The notes under the pieces are model-generated. The model was not told where the DNA came from. It did no database searches and saw only the letters and a list, made by a program, of their open reading frames with translations. Positions 1 through 16,634 of a stretch of 64,000 nt of DNA are shown piece after piece; position 1 is the first letter of the stretch; each line of letters opens with the position of its first letter. Source of the DNA: the human T2T-CHM13v2.0 reference genome, Homo sapiens; NCBI RefSeq assembly GCF_009914755.1, contig NC_060934.1; one strand, 5' to 3'. The position numbers were made by a program, and so were the translations under genes.

Positions 1-724
1 ATGCAAAACCAAACCACAGAGAACACATTAAACTCACTAGAAAGGAACAATTTCAGAAAATAAAGGAAAATAACAAGTATTGAGAGTACGGTGAAAATGA
101 TGGCTGAATGTAAAATGGTTCAACTACTCTAGAAAACAGTCAAAAAGTCAAACATAGACTTAATGTGAGACTCAGTGATTCCACTCCTAGATCTACACCC
201 AAAAGAATTGAAAACGGATTTTCAGATCAATACTTTTAAACAAATGTTCACAGCAACACTATTCATAATCACCAAAATGTGGACGCAATGTACATGAGCA
301 TCAATGGATGGGTGAATAAGCACCAAGTAGGCTATCCAAGCGACGGAACATTATCTTGCGATGAAAGGGACGAACTGCTGATATATGGTACCGTGCATAT
401 GAACCCCGAAGACATTATCTTAAGTTAAAAAAGCCAGACACAAAAGGTCACCTATTGTGTGGTTCATTTACCTGAAATGTGCAGAATAGGTAAATGTATA
501 GAGACAGAAAGCAGGTTGGTATTGCCAGGGGCTGAGGGGAGGGGAAACTGGGGAGAAACTGATTAACCAGTAAGGAGTTTTTTTTCAGAGTGAGGAACAT
601 GTTTTGGAAGTAGATGGAGGTGGTGGTTGAGCAACATGGTAATTGCGCTCAATGCTGCTGAATTGCTCACTTGAATACAGTTAACCTATGGTATGTGAAT
701 TTCATCTCAATAAAGAAGAGAAAA
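1..724 (+). mobile_element. LINE-1 3' end (L1MB-like): end of ORF2, 3'UTR and AATAAA/A-rich tail
   Basis: L1MB-type 3' motifs: ccactcctag..cccaaaagaattgaaa, aaagccagacacaaaaggtcac, gagacagaaagcaggttggtattgccaggggctg, tgtgaatttcatctcaataaa. Confidence 0.9.
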
Positions 725-3049
725 GGTAATACAAATAGACATACAGATTATCAATCCAGGAAGTTGAACACCCAACTCATAAGAGGTCCAAAGAGATAAC
801 AGAGACTGATAGAAAAGTTCTGGGAGCTCCAGAGACACGAGGCTGCAGATCTGATGGCTGCAGAGTTGTATCCGTGCAAATCAGAGATATATTTTGGAAG
901 ACCAGGGATAAACACTGATCTGGAAGGTTATAGAAAGAAAAAGAAAACTGATTCTCCTGCAAAGGATGGGGAGAGGATGCAGGTGTCTGAGGGCCAAATG
1001 TGTCCCCGAGGAGCCCCCTTTCCTCGTGCCTCTGGCGAGAAGGCAGAGGGCTGTGGCGCTGAAGGCTCTGGCTCTGGGCCTGCCACTCGTGCACCGGGCA
1101 CTCCACACCACCAAGCTGCCCCGGACATCTGTTTTGTCATTGGTTGATTTTTGTTTTTTCTCATCGGCTGGTTTTTGTTTTCTCCTCCCCAAGGAGGAAG
1201 ATAATGTCTCGATTTACCCCCACAGAAACATTGTTAGAATAATGGAAGGTGATATCAATGAAAGAGCTTTGAAAAGTCAGAAGCTATGAATCAGAGCTGC
1301 ATCTGACCTTGACCCCACACCTCCAGCCCTTAGGTTGGCTGCCCTTCATCCCACAGGAGCTCTTTGTCCTTCCAGCCCACTCTCTCACCCCTCCAATGCA
1401 CTCGCTCTGCCCCTGTACAACAAGGCAAGTCTGCCAGAGCTGGCATGAGCTCCGAGGGAAATAGAGAAGTCCAGGCCAAGAAGTGGGCAGAGGACAGAGG
1501 CTGTGCTACCAAAGACAGTGACCTCAGTGCCAGCAGAGGCACGTCGGTCAAATCACCACTACCCAGCCACCACCCCAGCTCCTGGTGCATGATGGTCTAT
1601 TGAACGAAGGAGTAATTAAATGATGAAGCTGGTATTCGATAGAGCTGTGCAACCTCAGAGTCAGAGACCAAGCTAATCCAAGGCCCAGCCATTGCAGAGA
1701 GCTGAGAAGTTTGCCCTCCAGACTCTCCAGTTGTACTAGACATGAGGGTGGGTGTCCAGGTGGCCCAGCAGGGAGCATTCTACCTGGCCATCCTGCTCTG
1801 CTGCTATCCAAACAGGACAGCCTCACCCAGGGCCGGCGCCCATCTCCCACCCCAACTCCCGCCCGTGCTTGAAAATGGGGCAGATCTGTGAGTAGATGGC
1901 CTCCCATCCTCTTGCATTTCATTCTTAAGAATGGCATGGTGGAAAACCAAAGGCCAAAATCAATAATCTGCCGCTTCTGGGGCCTCCTTGGTTCTCCCTC
2001 AGGTCTTGAGTTCTGACTTCCTGCCCCGACCTAACTGAGCTGCAACTACAATACTGCCCCCAAGAGAGGACGCTGGGGTCAGTTTGTTCGCCTGGAGAGC
2101 TTTCATGACAGGCCAATGCAGCTGGCACCTACTCGGCACTCCATCCTGCTGCACTGGGAGGACTTGGTGTTAGCAGATAGAAAGAAAAGAAAAGCATCCT
2201 CTGCAGAGGGGAGGGCTCCATGTGCCCTCACTCAATGGCTGGGCCAGGTGCTGCTCCCATGCTGCTGAGCCTGTGCCTGATGGAAGGGGTAGATTTGGAG
2301 CTGAGTCGCACAGAGACTCTGCATCCTGGGTTACGCTTTCTCTGCAGAAAGGCAGCCTCTCCTTGGCTTGGTCCCCAGCACACTTCCCAAGTGACAGCCG
2401 GGCAGGGCTGGGCCCTTTCCCTGACTCTGGTGCAATTAGAGCTGGGAGCACACTGCTGCTGACAAGAAGATGGAGGGCTTGGCTGTCCCAGCAGTTAATT
2501 GGTTGTGTTATTTATGTGTTTTGAATGCTTGTGAAGTTCCCTGCCTGTTTCTGATACAATTAGTCTCATTGATGGCGAGGTTTATGAGTGGAAATAGTGG
2601 GTACTGAAGTGCCGCCTGACACAAGAGAACACAGTAAAAACGGGCACGCGCTCCTCATTTCCATGCAAACACCTAGAAAACGGGCTTCTGAGTTTTTACA
2701 GGGAGATAAAAGATTCATCTTGCCCACACAATTACTCCATCCACACTGGAACTGTATAGACCACAGTCTGAGAGCAATGAACTTCTAAAACAAAAGGCCA
2801 ATATTTACAAAAACATTTTTATTTTTGGCAGCCTCTGGTCTCTCATTAGTATAGCAGAAAGAAATCCTAATTTATACATTTCCATTACTCCTACATTCAA
2901 TAATGGGCACACAATTAGCATTAATTCAGGACAATTATTATGGAAAATTTAAAGATGTTTTGCACAAATTCTTCAGTAATACTGACTTGGGATATTTTTC
3001 GCATGTGTAAATTGTATCTACACATGGGCCATGACTTTGCACTTTTCTT

Positions 3050-3500
3050 TTAAAACCAATTTAATTCTGAATAGACCATATATTCACTATATTCACATGA
3101 TTCAAATTTCAAAAGGTACAGATGGATATAATGTGAAATGTCTGCCTCCGCTCCTAAATCTGGCCACACAACTGTCACGGAAAGTAATAAATGTCACCAC
3201 TTTCTTATGCGAGTTTCCTTAGTTATTTTACGCATTTTCAGGCAAATATGAGTGTATATCTTTTCTATCCCTTTTTCTGTACACAAATGAACCATAGTAT
3301 ATACTTTCTTTGCACCTTTAAAAAAATCTAGTAATATATCTTTGAGATACAGGCAAATAAAGCAGCATCCTAATTTTTAATGGCTCACAATATTCACTGT
3401 GTGGATAGATTAGCATTCATTAAACCCACCCCATAGGAAAGGACATGTAGGTTTTTCTAGAAGTTACAGATTGTTGTAAAAGAAAGTCTGCTTAGATTTG
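3050..3500 (-). mobile_element. Ancient L1ME-like 3' end, antisense; continues at 8215-9250
   Basis: attcacatgattcaaatttcaaaaggtaca and ttttaatggctcacaatattcactgtgtggat resemble the antisense L1ME3/4 3' UTR. Confidence 0.7.
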
Positions 3501-3502
3501 CC

Positions 3503-4207
3503 ATTTATTATTTTTCCTTTTTTATTTTTATAAATTTATAGGGCACAAGTGCAATTTTATGACATGCATAGATAGGGTAATGGTCAAGTCATGGCTGTTA
3601 GTGTATCCGTCACCCAAATAACACACAGTGTGCCCATTACATAACTTCCAATTATCCATCCCTCCCCACTGCCTCACCTCCAAGTCCCCACTGTCCACCA
3701 TTCCCCTCTCTATGTCCATGTGTACACATCATTTAGCTTCCACATTGAGTGAGAACATGTGGTATCTGACCCGCAGTGTCTGGCTCATTTTACTTAACTT
3801 GATGACCTCCAGTTCCATCAATGTTGCTTTGAAAGACATGATTTTATTATTTTTTATGGCTGAATAGTATTCCATGTAATCTATATATACCACATTTCCT
3901 TTATCGTATCTTCCATTAATGGACACTTAGGTTGATTCCATATCTTTGTTATTGTGAGTAGTGCTGTGATAAACAGGAGTGCAGGTATCTTTTTGGTATA
4001 TTGATTTCATTTCCTTTGAGTAAATGTCCAGTAGTGGGATTACTGGATGGCATGATAGTTCTCTTTTTAGTTCTTTGAGAAATCTCCATGCTGATTTTCA
4101 TAGAGGTTGTACTAATTTACATTCCCACCAACAGCATACAAGAGTTCCTTTTTTCTGAATCCTCACCAACATCTGCTATTTTTTATCTTTTTAATAATAG
4201 CCACTCC
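3503..4207 (-). mobile_element. L1PB4-like 3' end, antisense, left part (split by a younger L1)
   Basis: T-rich tail followed by taaatttatagggcacaagtgcaatttt and gtgagaacatgtggtat. ORF 3729-3926 (MEYYSAIKNNKIM) is L1 ORF2 C-terminal sequence. Confidence 0.88.
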
Positions 4208-7372
<3,165 letters not shown>

Positions 7373-8210
7373 AATAATAGTTATTTTGACTAGGGTAAGA
7401 TGACATCTCATTGTGGTCTACATTTGAATTTCTCTGATGACAAGTGATGTTAAGTATTTGTCATATGTCTGTTGGTTTTTTATATGTCTCCTTTTGAAAA
7501 ATATCTACGCATGGCATTTACACACTTTTTAATGAAATTTATTGTTGTTGTTGTTGTTGAGTTTTTTTGAGTTCTTTGTATGTCCTAAATATTAGTTCCC
7601 TACCAGATTAATCATTTGCGAATACTTTCCCCTATTCTCCAGGTTGTCTGTTCACTACGTTGACAATTTCTTTTGTTATGCAGAAGCTTTTTAGTTTAAT
7701 TAAGTTCCATTTGCCTACTTTTTTCTTGCCTATGCAAGTCAGAAATTATTTGCTTAGACCAATGTCCGGAAGAGTTTTCCCCAGGTTTTCTTATAGTATT
7801 TTTATAGTTTCATGTGTTATGTTTAAGTCTTTTATCCATCTTGAGCTGACTTTTGTATATTGTGAGAGATAAGGGTCCAGTTTCACTTGTCTGCTCATGG
7901 CTAGCCAATGTTCCCAGCACCATTTATGGAAAAGGGTGTCCTTTCTCCAATGTCTTGTCAGTTTCATCAGAGATCAGTTGGCTGTAAATATCTGGCCTTA
8001 TTTCTGGCTTCTGTACTCTGTTCCATCCATCTATGGGTCTATTTTTGTACCAGTACCATGCTGTTTTGGTTACTATATCCTTGTCATGTAATTTGAAGTC
8101 AGGTAATGTGATGCCTCTAGCTTGTTCCTTTTGTTTCAGATTGCTTTGTCTATTTGGGCTCTTCTTTGATTCCATGTGAATTTTAGAATTTTTTTTCTAA
8201 TTTTATTAAA
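7373..8210 (-). mobile_element. L1PB4-like antisense, right part
   Basis: Resumes where 3503-4207 stops (aataatag..gactagggtaagatgacatctcattgtgg). ORF 7924-8175 reads [26 protein letters not shown]. Confidence 0.9.
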
Positions 8211-8214
8211 AATG

Positions 8215-9250
8215 TGCTTATGAGTCTTGCTGGAAAGCACAGCCCTGTGTACCCCTCACTGAGCCCCCACAGGGGGATTATGAAGATAAAACCCCAGAAG
8301 GGGAGTGGCTGGATCTAGGACACACACCTTTGAGATTCTGATAATGTTGCCGCATTGGCCATCTCACGCACTGTGCTGATTAATAGCCACACCTCCAACC
8401 CCCAGCGGCGTGCCTAGGCTTCCGGCACTCCGGCCACACCACACGGCATGGAGCTTTGACCCGTGCCAAAGCAGTGGGAATGCGTGTCTTCATAAAGGTT
8501 CGCTTTGCTTTTTGTTGCTCCATTCAACAAACATTGGGAAGCTACCATGTGCCAGGCACTGTTCTTGGCGGTGCAGAGTGAGTGAGGGAACAAACAGATG
8601 TCACTCGCTGCCCCGCGGAACTTACACGCTGACGAAGGGAGACAGGTGATATCCCCACCATTGCCTTCAGCACCTTTCCAGGGATTAAAAAAGGCACCCG
8701 AATTCCTCTTCTGGAAGCTGCCTATTCATGCCTAGTGCCTAGTCCTTTTGGACTGTGGGTTTGTTTGGGTTATAGAATTAGAGGGCCCTTTTGTCTAAGA
8801 TAAGGTTTGTGACATGCTGTTCTCCTTTTGACTTTGCTTGTGATCACAGTTTCCATGCCTCAAATTTTTATTGTTAGGTGGTCAAATTCTCCATTATTTT
8901 CTAGTGGAGCTTCCAGGTTTTCTGTTATATTGAGAAATTTCCTCACTCCAAAATTATATACTAATTCTCTCATGGTTTCCTCTGGAAGTTTTATGGTTTC
9001 ATTTTTTGCATGGTGGTCTTGTTTGCACGTGGAATTTATCCAGGAGAAGGGGCGAGATGTGTATTTCACCAGGCGGCTGCCCTGTTTTCTCAACAGCATC
9101 AGCCGAATAATCCATTTCGCCTGTTGATTTGCAATATCTTCTTCATCATAAACTCTGTGCCTACGGATATCTGAGTCCCGGAAACATATGCACATATTTA
9201 CATATTGATCATATGTTTTTGCCTGTATATACACACATGCTATTTTAAGA
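8215..9250 (-). mobile_element. L1ME-like antisense continuation, strongly decayed, containing an L2 fragment
   Basis: gataaaaccccagaaggggagtggctggatc..gattctgataatgttgcc and ggtcaaattctccattattttctagtggagcttcc resemble the antisense L1ME ORF2 end. Confidence 0.55.
8518..8648 (-). mobile_element. L2 3' end fragment
   Basis: cattcaacaaacattgggaagctaccatgtgccaggcactgttcttgg is the typical antisense L2 tail. Confidence 0.75.
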
Positions 9251-9464
9251 TCAAGGAGCAATAAATACTGCTGGTAAGATTTGGCTGCTGATACACATGT
9301 GCCACTAAATCCAGCCCATCAAAGTTTTCACTGTTCCATTTGCTGAGGTCACTGGTTGTGGCCAGACCCTTTTAGTGCCCATGGACTCCTTCCTTCCCTC
9401 CTGGCCCAGGCTGTTCCAGGTCCCAGCATGCTTGGATCTTATAAGCACGAGGAACAGACGTGAA

Positions 9465-10639
9465 ATGGGAAGCAGGTGAATATTTTTATTTCTCATACTT
9501 TGATAAGAAATGGAGCATGACATGAGATCATCTTAGCAGGCACATCCAGGAAGCTGAAACCGTGTATGTGAAGCCTGATCACAGCTTTTATCTGCCCATA
9601 CCTGGCCGGTGGGTGTGGCTGTCTTCCTTTTGCACCTGTGCACATCTCAACCCAGAGACAACAGACACAGGGGCAGAAAGGCCTCGCTTACTTGGTTTCC
9701 CCATCTGAGAGGCTCGGGGCCCTGCAAAACCAGAACACGACTGTGGCACCAGACGGAAACCAAAAAGGAGGAAATCTCCGCTTTTCAAGGCTGACGGCTA
9801 TCCACAGCAGGCCACAGCAGGCCAGCTTATCTCCAGGGAAGATGTTCTCCTTGCTGCTCTTCCCAATCCCCCTCCCCTGTACCCCGAGAGCTTTCTATGA
9901 GAGGGGTCCAAGGACCAAGGCAGGATGGGAGGCCTCTTTCTCCAGCCCGATCGCACAGGACCTCTCCGCTGGGCCCAGGCTCCCTGCACGCTCAGGGCTG
10001 TGGTCCTGGCACATGTGCTGCTTGAGGTGGTCCTTCCCTCGGCCTGCTGTGTCCCACCACCCTTCCCACACCCTTTTATCTTCTGGGGGACGCCCCTGCC
10101 ATGGCCGGCCATGCTCAAGCATCTTGTCTTCCGCAAGGCCTTCTGGGCACTTCTGGGTGGAGACCACGCTCGGCCTGCAGGGCGCGGCTCTCCTGGCTCC
10201 ATCCACACAAGGCGAGGCAAGCACAGCCCCTGCACCCTGTCCCCACTGGCCTGGAGCTCCTTGGAGAACACAGGATGCGGGAAGCTGGTCCCCAGAACTG
10301 GGCAGCGGGGCTGGCACTGAGTGGACACGCAGAAAATCTGTGAGTGACACACACTGGCTGGTCAGCCAGCTGAACAGCAGTGAGTACCCCCATTGCCAGC
10401 AGCCCCACTGAATGTCAGTTCCTTTAGGGCCCAGTATTCATGGTACTCCCATTGCAGGAGACAAAATAAGAGAAATAAAAATTAACGGATCTTGGCTTTG
10501 ATAAAATGTTCAGACACCTGTCACACACAGATGAGATCGGACTTCCGCCACTGGAGGTGAGATTTACTTTATCGGCATGGCACCCTCTGTGAAATATCCT
10601 CCATCCACCACTTCTTGAAGAGTTCAATGATCACTGTCC
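9465..10639 (-). other. Candidate 3'-terminal exon of a minus-strand transcript
   Basis: Acceptor gtgcctgtgtctccggttcaagcag|GGACAG at 10639. AATAAA at 9490-9485 is followed by a U/GU-rich stretch (cgtctgttcctcgtgctt). The phase-1 frame reads GTVIIELFKKWWMEDISQRVPCR*. No transcript evidence is available. Confidence 0.3.
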
Positions 10640-11494
10640 CTGCTTGAACCGGAGACACAGGCACATACACAGCCGCGTCGCTCAGTGACCCTGTGCATTT
10701 GCAGGGAAGGTGGTGGGCGTGTTGGTTCCTTCCAAGAGAAAGAGGATTCAGGATGCCAGGATACCCCAGGCCAAGGGATGCCAGCTCAGCCACGCTGACA
10801 CTCACAGCCAAGGCCTGAGCATGTTCTGAGGACAACCTCGATGTGCAGGTGCTCCTCTCCTCCTCCAGTCTCTACCACTGCATGTTCAGTCTCCACTGTC
10901 CTGAAAACTCTATGATCAGTGCCTGGACTTTCATGGGGAAAGACGTAGAGGAGAGGGCAGGAGGAGCCCTGGAGCTCGGAGGCCACCTTGGCACACCTGG
11001 GGCTGCGGCCCAGAGTCTCCGCTTTCTTGCTGCCTTAACAGACTCCCGTGACTCGGCCTGACTGGCTGGAACACCACCACCAAGCAATTCCCTACAAGGA
11101 ATAAACATTCTACCAAAAAAGTAGCATTGACCTCTGCTGTCATCATGCGCTAGCTGCCATTCACTTCTTAGTACAAATTGATACCGTATTTGCATTGTTG
11201 ATCTCAGCTCTACTAAGAGAAGAAGGAGAATCAGAGAATGGGGTACTTAGGGAGGGCCCCTGACTTGCCCCCTAAAATGAAAGGCAGAACAAGGGACCTG
11301 GGGATCAGGTCCTTTGCAAGGGAAGAGTGGGCTCCAGGGAATCAGAAGGAGAGGAAGAAGCTGGGGAGTCCATGCCCCCCTCACCCTGCCCTTCCTCTAC
11401 AAGACACTCCCTGTGTGGTCTGTCAGTGCCAGGGACCAGAAGTTTTGCTGCAGCTTTCATCTGGGACCCTGCTCAGTTTTCTCTTCTTAAATAG

Positions 11495-11821
<327 letters not shown>

Positions 11822-12039
11822 TTTCTCCTCCATTTTTTTTTCTGACGCAAACTTCACAAAGTGTACAAAGGTACAAAACACAAAATGCAAGAAATTAGCC
11901 ATGATCGAGCATCAGAAGGCAACTGCAGTCATCCCTGGGGAATTTTTCATTATATCCCAGTCTTCACCAACAAGCAGGTCTACCCAGGGAGATGGCCCAA
12001 AATTGAACACGTGCATGCAGATAGCAGGACACACCAGCC

Positions 12040-12700
12040 AGAGCCGACCTGAGGTGAGGAGCCCTCTTTTAGAAAAATAGCATAAAATACAAAAGCAAAA
12101 TTAAATACAAATGTGTATCTTTACCTTGAATGAGCAAAAAATCACAACACATCCCAAATACAAAAAAGTTTAAACAACTGCAAACATCACATAATCGAGG
12201 AAATTGGCATAATCTTTAGACCAAATTCCTGTTATGTTTTGAATTATTTTTGCTCTTACATTTTGGGGCTGTGTCCTTGTCAAACATCTCTGCATACAAA
12301 ACAATTTTGTAACATCATTTTCTACAGTAGAATAGATATTTAATTCAAATTTTCCTGTAGCATCTATGCTCAGAATTGCTGTTTTTACAAAAATTCTTCA
12401 TAATTGCTGCACCTGAGGATGTTCTCACCTGTGGCGACATGCCCATGGGTGCAGCGCTGCTGTGTCTCTGCCCAATGGTCTGGGCATCCTGGTATGTTCT
12501 ATTTTGTGGGATTATCATGGGAAATGACACAGGTGTGGTGTGTTTATCACTATGTACGTGGCATCATCAAGTCTATTCTGATAGAAAAGAACTCAAAAGT
12601 GACTAGCTGTTGAGAAATTACACATCCAACTTGGGAGGAATTTCCCAGACTGGCTTCTGGCTCTTCACGCTTCAAACCAGGTCCCCTGGTGACCCATTGC
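12040..12700. mobile_element. hAT-Tip100 DNA transposon remnant (Zaphod/MER115-like)
   Basis: ctctttttagaaaaatagcataaaatac..aaaatcacaac..acaattttgtaacatcattttctacag..ccagactggcttctggctct matches the recalled MER115/Zaphod consensus. Confidence 0.6.
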
Positions 12701-12784
12701 CCACCTGCTCCTGAGGGCCAGGACTCACGGGAAGTGTCCCTCAAGACAGAGCATCTGGCCCACGCCTTCCTTTTATGACAAGAG

Positions 12785-15480
12785 GTGTCTCTGCCCATGC
12801 CGCACTGCCATAGCAAAACACCACCGGCTGAGTAATTTATAAAGAGCAGAAGTGTGTTCCTCACCGTCCGGAGGCTGGGAAGCCAGGGCAAGGCTCCTCC
12901 AGTTCCACCATCCAAGGCAGGTTCCTGGCTGCCCCCTCCCATGCAGCGGTGCTGGAGCGGCCCCACAGCTGCTCTCCCAGGTGGCAGTCTTAGGCCTGTG
13001 GCCCTCCCAGGCTGATGCTGCATGCTGGTGACTCTACGGGTCTTTGTGGGGAGCCCTGCTCTCATGTATCCACTACGCATTACTCTAGCAAGGGCTGTCT
13101 GTGAAGACACCACCCCTGCAGATGGGTCCCGAGCCTCTCTGAGGCATCTTTTGCAATCTGGGTGGAAGAAGCTTGTGCCTGCTCAGCTCATGCACCCCGT
13201 GCACCTGCAGAGGCAGCGCCACGTGGACAACACCAAGGTCACAGCTGGTACCTTCTGGGGCAGCAGGTCCAGCCTCTCACCTGGCCCACTTGAGCCACAG
13301 CTGGGGCGGCTGATGAGTGCTGGGTCAGAATGAGGGGAATGGAAACTTGAGGCAGCCCTGCGCAGTGAGCCCCAAGATCTCATGGGCATCCTGGGCCCCT
13401 CCCTGAGCCCTTCCACCCTCAAGGGCCTGGCTCTCTGGGCCTGTGAAGGACTTGGCAGCCCCAGGCTCTCTGAAATGCCTGCAGGCTCCTGCTCCCGTTG
13501 TCTGGTGAACAGCATCTGGCCGTGGCCTATCTGTACTCACCCTTTGATCAAAGGGTGCCTTGGCTACCCTTGGTGCTCTCTCCCCAACCCCCTTCTCATT
13601 CTGTACCTGGCCAGACAGAGGATGTTCCAACTTTAAGCTCTGCTTCTCTTTTGATTGTAAATTCCATTTTTAACTTGTTTCCCTCTTTTCACATTTTACT
13701 ATAAGGTCAAAAGAAGCATCCTGAACCCCTTGCTGCTTAGAGATTCCTGACAAATGTCCTAGTTCACTGCTCGCAAAGCTCTGCCTTCACCAAGTCCCAG
13801 GACACAGACACAGCTCACCCAGTTCTTGGCCACATTATAACAAGGGTACCCTTCCCTCAGTTTCCAATACCTTGTTGCTGAGAAAGAAAATAAACTTTTT
13901 ATCTGAGGAATGCAAGCCCCTTTAAAGTAACAGGCCCGTTAAATGGGCATTAAAACTATGACAGCAGTCACGTCACACCCCCTTGAGCTAAATAATTACT
14001 TCTTGAAGCCACCTGCTCTGTGGGGTCTCAACTGACAACAAGCAGTCATAAAGGGCCACATACCAGGCACCATCATCACACCCTGTGTTCAGCGGTGCAC
14101 AGCCAATCACTAAACAGTGCCCCTCCTGTAAACAGTGGGAAATCCCACCTGACAGCTTTGTAGCAGCCACCCCTCGTTCTCTTTCGCCTTTAAACACCTA
14201 CTCGGAGCACTCCCCTACGCAACCTAGAAGTGTGTCCCGGCGGCTGCCCTCACTCTGGCTCTAGCAAAGGCTGTAAAATTACCTGCTGTGCCTCAGCTTC
14301 TCCCTTTAGGTCAACATTCCTCCTTTCCATCTGAAGCCTCCTCTGAATGGCCCTTCCCATCTATATCACTACTTTTCCCGACAGCTCTCCCCTCCTCTGA
14401 GCTCTCACCAGGATCGTCCTTAATGCTCTGTTCATGGCAATGCAGGCTTTTCCCAGCATTCACTCTGAAACGATTCCAGCCTCTGCCCCATTCCTGGTTC
14501 TAAAGCTGCATTCACATGTTGGGTATATTTTATGGCAATAGCCCACTTCTCAGCACCAGTTTCTGCCTTAGTCTCGTTTGTGCTGCTAGAAAAACGAGCT
14601 GAGGCTGGGTATTTTATGAAGAACAGAGGACAGAAGTCCAAGGCCAAGGCACTGGTAGCTCTGTTGTCTGATGCAAGTTCCTGGCCACTCCACCCCAAGG
14701 AGTGTGGAGGGCCCAACCCCTGCTCCTGTGTCTGGAACATGGAGTCAAAGAAGGTGATTCTCAAACCTCGAGATGTAATGCCATTTGCATTGTTGGGTAT
14801 TGAAATTACTTTGGATCAGCTACTCTTTCCTTCTTGCCTATGTCTCCTTTTTGGAATCAGGATGTTTATCCTATGTGTGTTCCACCATTGTATTTTGGAA
14901 TCGGATGACTTGCTTGATTTCGCAGGCTCACAGCTGGAGGGAAATTTTCCTCGGAATAAATCACACTTTGGGTCTCACTCATATGATGTTTAAAAGACTC
15001 TGCGCTTTTGAGTTGATGCTAGAACAAGTTAAAACGTTTGGAATTACTGAAATGGAATGAATGTATTTTGCGTGTGGGAAGGACTCAAGTTTTGAGGGTC
15101 AGAGTAGAATAATATAATTGAATATGTCCCCTCTAAAATTTAGAAGTTAAAACTTAATGGTCATGTGAACACATTAAGAGGTGGGGCCTTTAGGAGTTGC
15201 TTAGATCACAAGGGATCCTCCCTGGCAAAGGGGATGGAGGCCCTTATAAAAGAGGCTTCTCGCACGGTTATCTCCCACTTGCCTTTCCCCCTCCTGCCAG
15301 TGCTGTGAGGACACAGCCTCCCTCCCCTCGGGCGGATACAGAATCACGGCGCCATCTTGGACGTGGAGGGCAGCTTTTGTGGTCTCATGACCTGTTAAAG
15401 GCCATGCCTCTTGACACCATCACACTGGCAACTAAGTTTCAACACATGAAACGTGGAGGGGACACATTGGAACCATCACA
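12785..15480 (-). mobile_element. Rearranged MaLR (MST-type) provirus: LTR pieces plus internal sequence, with an inverted segment at 14670-15373
   Basis: Antisense LTR starts at 12785 and 14564 (ggctgggtattttatgaagaacagag). MST-int antisense 12900-14563; MST-int 3' end plus LTR in sense 14670-15373; antisense LTR end 15374-15480 (ggggacacattggaaccatcaca). Confidence 0.75.
13873..14316 (+). mobile_element. Solo ERV1-class LTR (MER39/MER34-like) inserted in the MST internal sequence
   Basis: TGTTG...CAACA termini, ttttatctgaggaatgcaagcccctttaaa, a CCAAT box near 14103, TATA-like tttaaa near 14189, and cctagaagtgtgtcccgg. Confidence 0.75.
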
Positions 15481-16634
15481 AGAGGTGAAAGAATTCCTGA
15501 GAGTCAGGCCCACCACCCGCATAGCTGGCTTTGCCTCCCTGGAAAGTGAGCCCCCAAAACACATCCCACTAAACTCAAACTAAATGAAGCACCTCCCTTC
15601 CCCCAGCTGGGTCCTGCCACACCTACAAACACTCCACCACCACCCACAAGGCAGGGACAGCGACAGAGAGGGTCACGCTGGGAACAGACAGCAGCCTTCC
15701 TGAGGCCATCGAACATCCGCAGATTTTACACAGACACGTGATCGTGGGAGCACAGCGCCAAGAGTTCCCCGGGGTCTCGTAAGGCGCCAAAAAGGAGGGT
15801 CCCAGTACTTCAGTTTCATTCATTCATTATGGACCCGTCACTGCAAATGTAGAATTGTTGCTTTACTTACTATTTTAACAAACGCCACACTCTTAGAAGC
15901 TCTTAATAAGCATGATTTAAATGGCTGCAAATAAATAAATATATAAAAATAAAATAAATCAATGGCTGCCAAATATTTCTACAAAACATGGACTGCAATT
16001 TGCTCTGCTGCTGCTGTTGGGCATTTGGACTTCTTTTTTATATTTAATCTCCGAATTTTACACTGCATTCTGTGGGATGTCCTCATGCGTCCTTCTCTGC
16101 GGGACTGTAATGACCTTCTAAATGCTCAGCTGTGAGTGAGTTTTTCAGAGCTGCCGGCTTTGCTAAACATGGCTGCTCTTTTACCCCACGTCCACCACCA
16201 CGCTGTGCTGAAGGCGCATCCATCGACCTTCCTCAGAGACGAGGAAAGAGCCAATGAAAGATGCTAGAAAGCTCTAACAAGTCCCAGGGCCACGTGGGGG
16301 TCACGGGGGCTGGTTCTCTCCAGATCCTGTAATGCGTTTCCGATGACTGCTCCTTAGGAAAGGTCCCATGGACAGAACTGCTGGGTTAAATAGACAAACT
16401 AATTAAGAGTCTCGATTTATATTAATCCATTTCTTTCCAGAAGCGTTGTACCAAACTGCATGATCACCAGCTGCACGTGAGCCTCCCGACCACATGAAGG
16501 AGCACAGAGAACGTACACGCTCAACTGACTGTAACAGCCCACGTTAGAAACAGCCTGATGCCCCCAAAGCAAGTAGGTATGCGCATGTCTGCACCGTGGG
16601 GTACCACAAAAGCTGGTAAGGCCGGAACTTTTTC

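Noticed and set aside
9638-10411. 257-aa ORF and overlapping ORFs on both strands
   Set aside because: P/S/G/A/W-rich composition, several overlapping frames and no recognisable domain, typical of chance ORFs in GC-rich DNA. The same applies to 20402-21004, 25324-25971, 32856-33569, 45394-46188 and 52522-53795.
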